In this document: one piece after another, positions 8,081 through 17,910 of the stretch
Layout: every line of letters starts with the position of its first letter
Position numbering within the stretch: position 1 is the first letter of the stretch
Origin: a virus
Lineage: Duplodnaviria > Caudoviricetes
Strand: one strand, 5' to 3'
Virus record (IMG/VR): IMGVR_UViG_3300036766_000337
Location: 1-40,347 of that record
DNA: 40,347 bases
The notes under the pieces: generated by a model
What the model was told of the DNA's origin: nothing
Databases searched by the model: none
What the model saw: the letters and a program-made list of their open reading frames with translations, nothing else
Made by a program: the position numbers and the translations under genes

Positions 8081-9384
8081 TGAGAGCTGCCGATGTACTG
8101 AAACAGGTCAAGATATCTGACATCTTGATAGGAGATAGATTTCGTGTGGACCTGGGAAGTATTGAAGACTTAACAGAGTCAGTAAAAGAGAAGGGAATTA
8201 TTCAGCCTATCACACTAGATGCTGGCTTGCATCTGTTAGCTGGAGGTAGGAGAATCGCGGCTGCTGTGAAGGCTGGGCTAACAAAGATACCAGCACTAAT
8301 AAGGGAGGTAGAGGGAGAGATTGATGCCAGGGAAATTGAACTGATTGAGAACTCCTTCCGGAAGGACTTCACCTGGGCTGAACAGGCAAAGCTGGTAGCC
8401 GAGATTGACCGGCTGTGTAGAGCAAAGGATATTGAGTGGTCTGGCAGAAAAACTGCCATGCTTATGAATCGAACTGCTATGGATGTTAGCAGAGCGTTAA
8501 GATTGGCAGACGCCCTGGAGCTGATCCCTGAAATGGAAGATATAAAAACACAAGATCAGGCTATCAAGTTCGTGAAGCAGCTGGAAGAGCGGGCTGTCAC
8601 AACTGAGATGAGAAAGAGACAAGAAAAAGATATCCACAAAAGTGAGCTAACGTTCCTGCAGAGAGCTAAGACAAACTACAACATTGGAGATGCCTTTGTC
8701 GAGATGGCATCTCTACGAACTGACGGCCGGGTAGACTTTATTGAGGTTGATCCTCCCTACGGGATTGATCTGAATGCGCAGAAAAGGACTGATGGCCCTG
8801 ATAAGGTGGATTCATATAAGGAAATTCCCAGCGCTGAATATCCTCAGTTTCTAGAAAAGATCGCAAGGGAAACCTTCCGGGTGGCAGACAGGAATAGCTT
8901 TATGATATTCTGGTTTGGGCCAACGCACTTCACAGCTGTCAAGCATGCACTAGTGTCGGCTGGCTGGGAGGTGGCAGATATCCCAGGTGTGTGGACTAAA
9001 GCTACCGGACAGACCATGCAGCCGAACTACAATCTGGCAAATTGCTATGAGATGTTCTTCTATTGCAGAAAGGGTTTACCAGCCTTGCACAAACCTGGCA
9101 GGTCAAATGTCTTTGCCTTTGCCACTGAATCTCCCAGCCACAAGTATCATCCAACACAGCGACCACTTGATCTGATGATGGAGCTGCTAGATACCTTTGT
9201 TAATCCCTTCGCTATTGTCCTCTGTCCATTCCTCGGATCAGGAGTTACGTTGAGAGCTGCGTATATGCATGGAATGAAAGCCTTCGGATATGACCTGAAT
9301 GGAGAGTACAAGGATAGGTTTCTACTAGCTGTTGAGGAAGATATGCGGCGGCTGGATGCAGACGCTGCTGAGGAGCCACAGTGA
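8080..9384 (+). CDS. ParB-like N-domain + HTH fused to a beta-class N6A/N4C DNA methyltransferase
   Basis: GIIQPI, LLAGGRR, ELIENSFRKD (ParB); WSGRKTA...DVSRAL (HTH); DPPY, HPTQRP, CPFLGSG (MTase). Confidence 0.9.
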   Translation: MRAADVLKQVKISDILIGDRFRVDLGSIEDLTESVKEKGIIQPITLDAGLHLLAGGRRIAAAVKAGLTKIPALIREVEGEIDAREIELIENSFRKDFTWAEQAKLVAEIDRLCRAKDIEWSGRKTAMLMNRTAMDVSRALRLADALELIPEMEDIKTQDQAIKFVKQLEERAVTTEMRKRQEKDIHKSELTFLQRAKTNYNIGDAFVEMASLRTDGRVDFIEVDPPYGIDLNAQKRTDGPDKVDSYKEIPSAEYPQFLEKIARETFRVADRNSFMIFWFGPTHFTAVKHALVSAGWEVADIPGVWTKATGQTMQPNYNLANCYEMFFYCRKGLPALHKPGRSNVFAFATESPSHKYHPTQRPLDLMMELLDTFVNPFAIVLCPFLGSGVTLRAAYMHGMKAFGYDLNGEYKDRFLLAVEEDMRRLDADAAEEPQ

Positions 9385-10394
9385 CCTTTATCTCCTCTGA
9401 GCTTGGGGCAAAGCACATCGTTCCTCCATCTGGGAAGAAGAGCTCCAAAATCTGCCTAATTGGAGAGGCTCCAGGTAGTGAGGAGGCTCGTCAACTCAAA
9501 CCGTTTGTAGGCCCAGCAGGTACCATCCTGGAGAGTTGTATGCACAGTGCAGGCTTCACTCGTAGTGAGGTGTATATGACTAACGTGGTGAAGGTGCAGC
9601 CGCGAGCAAACGATATAACTCCATTCTTCAATAAGAAAAGTTTCACAGAAGCTGGACATGAGTGGGTGGAAATTCTGCATGAGGAGCTGAAGGATGTCGG
9701 CGCGAATATACTTGTTCCCCTCGGAAATACTGCACTGGCAGCTATCACAGACTTCCGATCCATCACAAAATATAGAGGTTACATTCTGCAAGGAGGCGAC
9801 GCAGTTGATGGTAGAAAGGTTCTACCAACTATCCATCCAAGCGCTGCGTTGCGAGGGAACTATATGTACCGCTACTACATTGCCAACGACCTCAAGAAAG
9901 CGAAGGGTGAAAGTGGATTTCCTGAAATACTTAGACCGGCCAGAACTTTGGTATATCAGGGAGATTGTGAGGAGTTCTTAGCCTGGTGTGACTATTTTAC
10001 AAAGGTGGATATTGTCTCCTTCGATATTGAGGTAATCAACTATGAAGTCAGTTGTATATCTTTCTCCGACAGTCCAGAACGTTCTGTGTCCATACCTATC
10101 GCGGGTGGTCAATGGAATCTTGATGACGAAATTAGAATCTGGAAAGGGATTAGTCGTGTACTGGAAAACCCCAGATCAACAAAAGTTGGACAGAATCTCG
10201 TCTTCGATATCCACTTCCTCGCAACTCGCTGTGGAATCCTTGTGCAGGGCCCTATCCACGATACTATGATAGCTCACCACCTGATGTATCCTGATATGCT
10301 GAAAGGGCTAGGCTTTCTGGTGTCGTGTTACTGCGGCAGTCAATCTTATTATAAGGACATGGTGAAGTTTGAAAACATAAAGGAGGAGTCCTAA
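9381..10394 (+). CDS. Family-4-like uracil-DNA glycosylase domain + N-part of 3'-5' exonuclease (N-half of a split DNA polymerase)
   Basis: GEAPG..E, PFVG, TNVVK, HPSA (UDG); FDIE (ExoI); QNLVFD (ExoII). Confidence 0.9.
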   Translation: MTFISSELGAKHIVPPSGKKSSKICLIGEAPGSEEARQLKPFVGPAGTILESCMHSAGFTRSEVYMTNVVKVQPRANDITPFFNKKSFTEAGHEWVEILHEELKDVGANILVPLGNTALAAITDFRSITKYRGYILQGGDAVDGRKVLPTIHPSAALRGNYMYRYYIANDLKKAKGESGFPEILRPARTLVYQGDCEEFLAWCDYFTKVDIVSFDIEVINYEVSCISFSDSPERSVSIPIAGGQWNLDDEIRIWKGISRVLENPRSTKVGQNLVFDIHFLATRCGILVQGPIHDTMIAHHLMYPDMLKGLGFLVSCYCGSQSYYKDMVKFENIKEES

Positions 10395-10395
10395 C

Positions 10396-11904
10396 ATGGA
10401 TGAGAAGATGCTGCAGTATAATGCTCTGGACTCCGCCTGCACGTTGGAAGCACATAACTCTTTCTGGCCTGAGCTTAGCCTTGGCTATACCAAGACATAT
10501 GACTTCACAGTCAGACTGCTGGAACCGCTAATGTTCATGATGACTAGGGGAATAAAGGTTGATCATGCAGAACTTGAAACAACGAAAACAGAGATTAAAA
10601 GTTCCGAACACGAGAAACAACTCGAGCTTGATTCCCTCTGTGGTCGAGCGCTTAATGTTGCTTCTCCGAAAGATTGCCAACGATACTTCTACATTGAGAG
10701 AGGATATCCCCCTTATATCAATAGAAAGACTGGAAGTATTTCAACAGATGATGATGCCTTACAAAGACTCGTGCGGGGGACTGCCAGCCGGCCTCCGTTG
10801 CGAGAGGCGAAGCTCGTACAGGAGATACGCGGACTTAGAAAACTCTTTAGCACTTACCTTGACCTTGAATTTGATCAAGATGATCGTTTGCGATGTAGCT
10901 ATAACCCACGCGGAACTCGTTTTGGACGACTCTCTTCTAGCAAAACTGTCTTTGGAACAGGTACGAACCTTCAAAATCTTCCTCAGGCATTTAAGAAGTT
11001 TGCAGTGCCTGACCTTGGCATGTTCTTCTTCGAAGTTGATAAGCGGCAGGCTGAGTGGGTCGTTGTTGCATACCTGTCAGGCGATGCTAACATGCTTGAC
11101 GTTGTTGAGAAGGGCCGAGACCCTCATACCCACACAGCGAAGCTTATGTTTAGGTGTGAGGAAGAGCTGGTCGTTGAGGATAACAAGCTTGTTGGAGTTG
11201 CTACAGACCCAGATACCATACACGAGCTTAGACAACCCCTTTGGGCTCTCCTTGAGGATTTGAGTTTTGTCCCCAGGTCAATGTCAATGAGACAGTGTGG
11301 GAAGAAGTCTAACCACGGCCTCAACTATGATGAAGGTTATAAAACATTCGCACTGACAAACGAAATGGGAGAGGGAGAGTCAAAGGTTGTAATTGACCTG
11401 TACCATAGAATCTACCCTGGCATTAGACAATGGCATAGACACATACAGCAGCAGCTGGGGAAGGATAGAACGCTAGTTAACTGTTTTGGGAGGAAGTACC
11501 GCTTCATGGACGGCTGGGGAGATGAACTGTTCAAAGCCGCCTATGCGTTCCTCCCGCAGAGTACAATTGCAGATTGTCTCAACCAGGGAATTATTGATAT
11601 ATACTATGACAACGATTCGCTATTTGAGCCGCTCGAGATGCTGGCACAGACGCATGACTCTTGTCTCTTTCAGTATCCCTTGAATCTGCTGGATAGCCTG
11701 CCAGCCGTACTAACCAAAATATATGACTGTGTGTCTCCCGAGATGGAGTATGGCGGCAGGAAATTCAAGGTGCCTACCGACACAAAGATTGGTATGAACT
11801 GGGGCGGGGCAAGCAAGAGCAATCCCAACGGGCTGCAAGCTCTAAATGACATAACAGTACAAGCTGCTAAGGAGATTCTTTGTGTCGGACAGGGTGCTAA
11901 ATGA
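10396..11904 (+). CDS. polA: Family A DNA polymerase (C-half), beginning with ExoIII
   Basis: YNALD (ExoIII), TRFGRLSSS, NLQN, DKRQAE (motif A), RQCGKKSNHGLNY (motif B), THDS (motif C). Confidence 0.93.
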   Translation: MDEKMLQYNALDSACTLEAHNSFWPELSLGYTKTYDFTVRLLEPLMFMMTRGIKVDHAELETTKTEIKSSEHEKQLELDSLCGRALNVASPKDCQRYFYIERGYPPYINRKTGSISTDDDALQRLVRGTASRPPLREAKLVQEIRGLRKLFSTYLDLEFDQDDRLRCSYNPRGTRFGRLSSSKTVFGTGTNLQNLPQAFKKFAVPDLGMFFFEVDKRQAEWVVVAYLSGDANMLDVVEKGRDPHTHTAKLMFRCEEELVVEDNKLVGVATDPDTIHELRQPLWALLEDLSFVPRSMSMRQCGKKSNHGLNYDEGYKTFALTNEMGEGESKVVIDLYHRIYPGIRQWHRHIQQQLGKDRTLVNCFGRKYRFMDGWGDELFKAAYAFLPQSTIADCLNQGIIDIYYDNDSLFEPLEMLAQTHDSCLFQYPLNLLDSLPAVLTKIYDCVSPEMEYGGRKFKVPTDTKIGMNWGGASKSNPNGLQALNDITVQAAKEILCVGQGAK

Positions 11905-13093
11905 CTGGCTCAGTGCGTATATCAAGTACACAGAGAGGAGTGAACCGCCACTATCGTTTCATACCTGGGTGGGGCTTAGTGTTATTTCTGGAGCCCTTCA
12001 GAGAAGAATTCATCTCTCCTGGGGTTTTGAGAAGATTTTTCCTAACCTCTATGTCGTACTTGTTGCCCCTAGTGGACGAGCTCGTAAAGGAATTGCAATC
12101 AACACTGGTAAAGACATCCTCAAAGAGGTTACGAATGTTACTCTCACGTCTGAGAGCACGACGAGAGAAGCACTGATAAGGATAATGAAGGGAGCAATAT
12201 CCAACTACAGTGATCCTCTAACTGGTGTGGTTGCTTTCCACTGTGCAGTTACCTGCTTCTCTGAGGAACTGGCTGTATTCCTAGGACAGAGTGATATTAA
12301 GTTCCTGGCAAATTTGACTGACTGGTATGATAGTAAGGACAATTGGACCTATGAAACAAAGGGAACAGGCAGAGATCACCTGCAAGGATTATGCTTTAAC
12401 CTCCTTGGAGCCACAGCTCCTGACTGGATACAGTCTATGTTACCTCAAGAGGCAGTGGGTGGTGGTTTTACTTCACGAGTCCTATTTATCGTTGAGGAGA
12501 AGAAGAGACAGACTGTCCCTAAGCATGTACTTACGCAGGAGGAGATTGATCTTAAAGAGTCTCTTACGCAGGACTTGGTTAAGATATCCAATCTGTCGGG
12601 AGCGTTCTCATTCACACAGGCGGGGGAGAAGGCATATACAGAGTGGTATGCCAGTGAAGATAAGAAGATAGGAGAAGGCTACCAGCCGGTGGCCGATCCG
12701 CGCTTTGGTGGATACTGCGAGAGACGTGCTACTCACCTTCGTAAGTTGATGATGTTGATGAGTGTTAGTCGTGGCGACAGTTTACAGATTGACCAGATAG
12801 ACTTTGATCGCTCTCTAATAACCCTGGAAGCTGCAGAGCGTAAGATGTATAAGACCTTTGGAGGACTTGGCTCTGCCAGATACAGTGAGATCACAGAGAA
12901 GGTTCTGGACTATCTTCGGACGAAGAAGCTCGGAGCAAGATCAGAAATCTTAAGGAAGTTCCGTAGAGATATTGATCCAGGTATAATGAAGATTATCGAG
13001 GACCTCATGGTACAGATGAAGGTAGTCAAAATCTCCATTGTACCAGCTAGCGATGAACGAATCTACAACTGGCTTGGTGACGGGGAGGAGTAG
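11882..13093 (+). CDS. DUF3987/YfjI-like P-loop NTPase, putative replicative helicase
   Basis: PNLYVVLVAPSGRARKG, SEEL, LLGAT, GGFTSR motifs; directly follows polA. Confidence 0.75.
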   Translation: MSDRVLNDWLSAYIKYTERSEPPLSFHTWVGLSVISGALQRRIHLSWGFEKIFPNLYVVLVAPSGRARKGIAINTGKDILKEVTNVTLTSESTTREALIRIMKGAISNYSDPLTGVVAFHCAVTCFSEELAVFLGQSDIKFLANLTDWYDSKDNWTYETKGTGRDHLQGLCFNLLGATAPDWIQSMLPQEAVGGGFTSRVLFIVEEKKRQTVPKHVLTQEEIDLKESLTQDLVKISNLSGAFSFTQAGEKAYTEWYASEDKKIGEGYQPVADPRFGGYCERRATHLRKLMMLMSVSRGDSLQIDQIDFDRSLITLEAAERKMYKTFGGLGSARYSEITEKVLDYLRTKKLGARSEILRKFRRDIDPGIMKIIEDLMVQMKVVKISIVPASDERIYNWLGDGEE

Positions 13094-13094
13094 C

Positions 13095-13109
13095 ATAACA
13101 AATTGTTAC
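13095..13109. repeat. Palindrome copy 2 (ATAACAAATTGTTAC) between convergent stop codons
   Basis: Directly visible in the 20-bp convergence gap. Confidence 0.85.
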
Positions 13110-13113
13110 GCCA

Positions 13114-16100
13114 CTATCGCTGCTCATCACCAGTTCGTTTTAGCTCTTTCTTAAACGCCTGAGTAAACTCATCTGACTGGAAGCCTGGCATCTGCCCAGC
13201 TATCGCTTCCATCCTCCTCCTGTCAGGAGAGTCGGCTGATATCCACCTCTCGTGGAAGAGGGCAGCTCGTTCCTGTGCTGGCCGATGCGCTATGTTCACC
13301 CACCAGATCTTCGCAGGAATATTATCAGAAGCGTTATAGCGTTCCATTATCTTGTGGATGGTAATAGTATTGAGATAACGCTTATGGAGATTCTCTCTGT
13401 CTTCCGGAGGCTGGTTAGATACCCAGGTCTTGACAGCATCCACTCCACCTGGAAGTTTCCCTTGCCGCTCAAGGAATATCATCTCATTCAGCTTGTCATG
13501 CTGAATCTTGGTACGGTCATTCTGCTTCTGATCAGCAGCATTTATCTCCAGCATAACACTGGAGGCAGGGTGAGTCAGCTTGATAATTCTGCGAATGGCA
13601 GGAGACTGTGCAATCATTTCCTCTGTTGTGCGGCTGGCATCGTAGGGATTCTCTCCTACCACCATGTTCTTATAGGAGAGCCCAACTAGGTCTGTGTAGA
13701 AGTTGTCTGGCACAACAGCTCCAAAAGCTGCTTGACTTCTAACTGGAGAAAGTCCAGTGATCCCGCCAAACTGTTTCCATCCCTCTGGAGTTGGCCTACC
13801 AGGCAGGCCTTGATATTCCTTCTCCGGACTAACGTTCCCTCCCGCCTGTTTGTTCCATATTTCCCTGTCAGTCCAGAAATTGTAGTTCGCCGTGTACGTT
13901 GCAATGGCAGATACAGTTGGGATAGGAACGTTCCCAATAGGTACTATGCTAGAGAGTGATCCGAGAGTTTTCATCATCAGATCATCTGGCATCTTTCCAT
14001 ACGAATCCTTCTCTAACAACGCTATCATCGCAGCATTGAGAGGTGCAACTGTATTGTCCAGCCGGATAGTAGTGTACATATATCGCTTGTTGCCATCTGC
14101 ATCCAGAATATAATGGCCAGTCCCTAGGATAAGATTGTTAATTTTATCCTGAGTTGGAATCTGTTTCCACATCTCCTCGTTGACCATCATGTTAGCCAGT
14201 GCAACAGATGCTAGCGTCCCACCAAGCCAGGCTACCTTAGTTCCAAACTCTGCTGGATGAGTCTTAGCACGACTCCATGCAGTTTTGTACGCTTGTAGAG
14301 CTGCATTAAAGAATGGCACGAAGGTATCAATCCCCTTCGCTACTGTTCCTCCTTTGGAGAAGTCTAGATAGTTCCTAGCGATATGAGTAGCAGAGACCGA
14401 GTCTGCTCCATTTTTTAGTGCTCGCTCTCTCAACATCAGCCGAGTGAGAATCTCGCTGGTCTCATTTATGTAAGAGAGTCCCGTCTTAACATCTTCCATC
14501 TGCCGGGCTAGCCTGCCGCTAGGAGCCATGCCCTCTCCAAGCCCCTTTGGCAGAGATATGAGATCACGTCCTTGGTGAGTGAGAAAGCCCATCCCACCAC
14601 CTTCCATGATAAAGTCCTCATACCGACCAGTTCTCATAATGGCATCATGGGAGACCGCGGCCAGGTCTCGTGACATCTGAATCATAGCTAGTGGAAGGTG
14701 ACTAGAGTACTCACCTGTTGCTAACCAGATATGAACCAAATCTCGTGGTATGTTGGTAAGAGCGAACGCTGGATTGTAACTGGTAGCGAATGTCTTAACC
14801 ACAGCTGTCCCACTTGTCCACCTGAGGACGTCTGCCAATACAGGATCCATTGGCTTAGGTCTGGTTATCCACTCACCGGCAAAGTCCTCATGGATGAACA
14901 TAGGAGTTTGAAATCCCTCATCTCTGAAGTCGACACGGAGATAGTTCTTTGGAGCAGTAACTTCCGTTTTCAGATTTCCATTTGACTTGTACTCGAACTT
15001 GGAGATTGTTTCTTCAGTTGGCAACTTAACAATTCCATTGAGAGGGTGAGCGCTAGCAAATTCGTACAAGGATTTATTAGCTTTATTCTTTGCAATCCTA
15101 TTCTGTGCCCTACCAATAGCCTCTGCCAAGAGCTGGCGGCTAGACATCTTAGCAAAGTCGGTCTCCCCTCCCTTGATGAAGTCAATTCCACTCTCCCAGA
15201 CGGATACTCTCTTACCCTTTATATAATAAACTATTTCAGGGTCTAGTGTCTCAATATAGCGAGTTGGGCTATAATACATCTCTCTCATCGCACTCTCAGA
15301 GAACTCTGTTATCAGCCCCTCATCCCTCAACTGAAAAAGTTGATCTAGAAATACCTGCCCGTACTGCTCTGACTTCTGATATAGCCTGTCAAAGGCTTCC
15401 ACTCCTATCTTATCTCTCATAGTAGCAAGCGCGTTGGCAGCCTGCTCACCTGTTAATCCAGACTCATGCTTTATCTTGCCAGGTCCTTTGTACCTGTCCA
15501 GCTCAACTATCCGTCTCGCTCTGATGATGTTGTCCAGAGCTTGTTCTTGTTTAAGATTCAGATCATCGTATATTGGCTTGGAGGATTTCTCAAACACCAT
15601 TTTAGACCTGGCACTAGCTCCCTGTATCAGGTCATAGTCACGCATAGCATTACGACCTTCCAGGCCACCGTAGTTCAAGAGGCGAGCATTAATCTCTGGA
15701 TTGTGGTCGAGAGTTTTTCCCTTAGTGGCTATAACAACCTTTTCCCATGTTAGTTTATTGGCGGCTGCTTCTGCCTCTCTAGCCTGCTCAAACACCTTCG
15801 TTACCTTCTGATAGTCAGCCTCATTGACAGTTGGACGAGCAGCCGCAGCGATGGCCAGCTTCTCTGGATTCTTCGATAGAGCTTTTTCCAATCCCTGAAT
15901 ATCTATCATCCCCTTTTGCAACTTGAGCGGATCGAAGATAGGAACAATCTGACTATCATCATAGACATGGATGTTTAGTGCTCCCATCTCCCTCGTGAGG
16001 AATGCGTCATAGCCAAGATTTTTTATATTCTTAGCGCTACGTTCAATACTTACATAATCTCCGTCTAGTATTTCATTTCTAGCATAAGAATCAGCTACGT

Positions 16101-17910
16101 ATGGCAGAGATTCTATCAAGTGCTCTACATGATCTATCTCTCTGAAGTCAAACACGTTCTCTGCTTTTATGAAGGCTGGGATTATCCTGGCTGGAGTTAC
16201 ATTAGCTCCCTGCCTACTAATGATGGACTCTAGTCCTCCCTCCATCTTTAACAAGCGTTTTCCATATCCTACCCAATTATTAGAAAACTCAGGTTCGAAG
16301 GAGAATGATATAACTCCCAAGCCCTGTTTAGATGCATCCCAGTTTGTGAACATCTCTCTGGTCTGAGTTCCATGAAACACTGGGATTGGAGCCCCAGTCT
16401 TGTCCACTACCATTGTGCCAGCCAGATGCTCCTTAAACTTGTCCGTTGTACTATTCCAGTAAATCTGTGAATGCCTGACTAGATTCTTCACAGCCGCCAG
16501 ATTGTCTTCAATACCATCTATCTGTATCATTCCAGATTGGCTTTTCATCTTCTTCGACTTAGTCATATCAATGAGTTCATTCATTGAGATGTCTCCACCA
16601 AAGTTCATGAATCTCTCAAACGTCGTCTGCCGACGAGCCTGCAACTTGATAGGCACTTCAAACGTCTGCATGAAGTTTCTCTTCAGAGAGTTATAAGCCT
16701 TATTTGCTTCCTGCCAGTCTGCCTTGCTATCTGTCTTATCTGCCAAGGCCTTCAACCTGGAGTACTCTGAATACCGCTGTTGCAGTACTCCATACTCTGA
16801 CAAGCCAAGCTGATCTACTCTGTCCGACAGAGTTCCATCAGAGAACTTCTTGTCCAGCCCAAGCAGCTCTTCCACTGTCATAGAACGACCATCTGGAGTA
16901 ACAATAATAGGTTCCATTACCTGATGACCAAGCTTTGGAATGGTAGCATTTTGGATTTTCTCCAGCTCCTGCAACTTCATCATCTGGGAGTTGACAATCC
17001 TAGTACGATCAGCGTCAGAGATTTCTCCAGTTATATCTGACTTAGCTAGAACACCACGCAGCTTAACTGCCAGAGGCATATTTTTATCTGCCTTGTCTAT
17101 ACCAAGAGCTTTGTTCGCAGCCTCAGTTGCAGCGTCTATAACATTCCCCTCCATAGTGAACTGTATCTTGCCAAGATCACTGGCGGCTAGAGCCTTGAAT
17201 GTTTCAGGATAATTTTGCTGAATGTATGCAGGTCCATCATCTGGAGTTAAGATGCGAGGTTTTATATCTGCACGAGGAGGACGCCTGCCGCCAGCAAAGC
17301 CTCCAGCCCACAATGGAGCTGTTGTCACAGCCCCCTCTGTCAGTGCTGCCATAATAGGAGCAATATGCTTGAATAACATATCCTTAGATGCTGTCTCATA
17401 CACAGCATTTGAGGCAGCTTTGGAAGCTCTGCCAACTATAACATCCATAGCTTCCAAGGCTCTAGCTCCAGTTTCAGTACGTGGCTGCCAGTTAAAGTTG
17501 TCTCCTAGGTGTTGACTCCACTTTCCAAACTCTTCTTGGAAGATATCTGAGATGGATTCTCCAGCTCCAACTCCTGCCGCGGCGGCGATCATCATGTTAG
17601 TAGCGCCATGGAGAGCTGCCATTGAAGTTGTAAAGAGGGATGTGCCACCAGCTAGAAGGGTATCGGCAACTCCTCCCATAGCATTATCAAGAGGAGTCTT
17701 CAAATCCTTAGGAGACAGTATGGATGCTAACAATCCTAGCGAGGCACCCATAGGATTATCTATTGGATTTTCGTACTTTCTCCCATCAAGAGGAGCCTTC
17801 GGCTGTTCAAGCTTAGCTGGCTGTGTGGCTACAGTTTCCCATCCATCGCTTGGTTTAGCAGCCGAAGGTTTTGTTGAGATAGTTTCCCAACCTTCATTAC
17901 TGTCCGGCAT
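13114..17910 (-). CDS. Large internal virion/ejection polyvalent protein with ART-like and LPD38-like domains
   Basis: About 1600 aa, last gene of the structural operon. PIPVFHGT...ISFS...IIPAFI (ART-like); LDFSKGG...VPFFNAALQ (LPD38-like). Start at 17910 preferred over 17937. Confidence 0.75.
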   Translation of the reverse strand: MPDSNEGWETISTKPSAAKPSDGWETVATQPAKLEQPKAPLDGRKYENPIDNPMGASLGLLASILSPKDLKTPLDNAMGGVADTLLAGGTSLFTTSMAALHGATNMMIAAAAGVGAGESISDIFQEEFGKWSQHLGDNFNWQPRTETGARALEAMDVIVGRASKAASNAVYETASKDMLFKHIAPIMAALTEGAVTTAPLWAGGFAGGRRPPRADIKPRILTPDDGPAYIQQNYPETFKALAASDLGKIQFTMEGNVIDAATEAANKALGIDKADKNMPLAVKLRGVLAKSDITGEISDADRTRIVNSQMMKLQELEKIQNATIPKLGHQVMEPIIVTPDGRSMTVEELLGLDKKFSDGTLSDRVDQLGLSEYGVLQQRYSEYSRLKALADKTDSKADWQEANKAYNSLKRNFMQTFEVPIKLQARRQTTFERFMNFGGDISMNELIDMTKSKKMKSQSGMIQIDGIEDNLAAVKNLVRHSQIYWNSTTDKFKEHLAGTMVVDKTGAPIPVFHGTQTREMFTNWDASKQGLGVISFSFEPEFSNNWVGYGKRLLKMEGGLESIISRQGANVTPARIIPAFIKAENVFDFREIDHVEHLIESLPYVADSYARNEILDGDYVSIERSAKNIKNLGYDAFLTREMGALNIHVYDDSQIVPIFDPLKLQKGMIDIQGLEKALSKNPEKLAIAAAARPTVNEADYQKVTKVFEQAREAEAAANKLTWEKVVIATKGKTLDHNPEINARLLNYGGLEGRNAMRDYDLIQGASARSKMVFEKSSKPIYDDLNLKQEQALDNIIRARRIVELDRYKGPGKIKHESGLTGEQAANALATMRDKIGVEAFDRLYQKSEQYGQVFLDQLFQLRDEGLITEFSESAMREMYYSPTRYIETLDPEIVYYIKGKRVSVWESGIDFIKGGETDFAKMSSRQLLAEAIGRAQNRIAKNKANKSLYEFASAHPLNGIVKLPTEETISKFEYKSNGNLKTEVTAPKNYLRVDFRDEGFQTPMFIHEDFAGEWITRPKPMDPVLADVLRWTSGTAVVKTFATSYNPAFALTNIPRDLVHIWLATGEYSSHLPLAMIQMSRDLAAVSHDAIMRTGRYEDFIMEGGGMGFLTHQGRDLISLPKGLGEGMAPSGRLARQMEDVKTGLSYINETSEILTRLMLRERALKNGADSVSATHIARNYLDFSKGGTVAKGIDTFVPFFNAALQAYKTAWSRAKTHPAEFGTKVAWLGGTLASVALANMMVNEEMWKQIPTQDKINNLILGTGHYILDADGNKRYMYTTIRLDNTVAPLNAAMIALLEKDSYGKMPDDLMMKTLGSLSSIVPIGNVPIPTVSAIATYTANYNFWTDREIWNKQAGGNVSPEKEYQGLPGRPTPEGWKQFGGITGLSPVRSQAAFGAVVPDNFYTDLVGLSYKNMVVGENPYDASRTTEEMIAQSPAIRRIIKLTHPASSVMLEINAADQKQNDRTKIQHDKLNEMIFLERQGKLPGGVDAVKTWVSNQPPEDRENLHKRYLNTITIHKIMERYNASDNIPAKIWWVNIAHRPAQERAALFHERWISADSPDRRRMEAIAGQMPGFQSDEFTQAFKKELKRTGDEQR

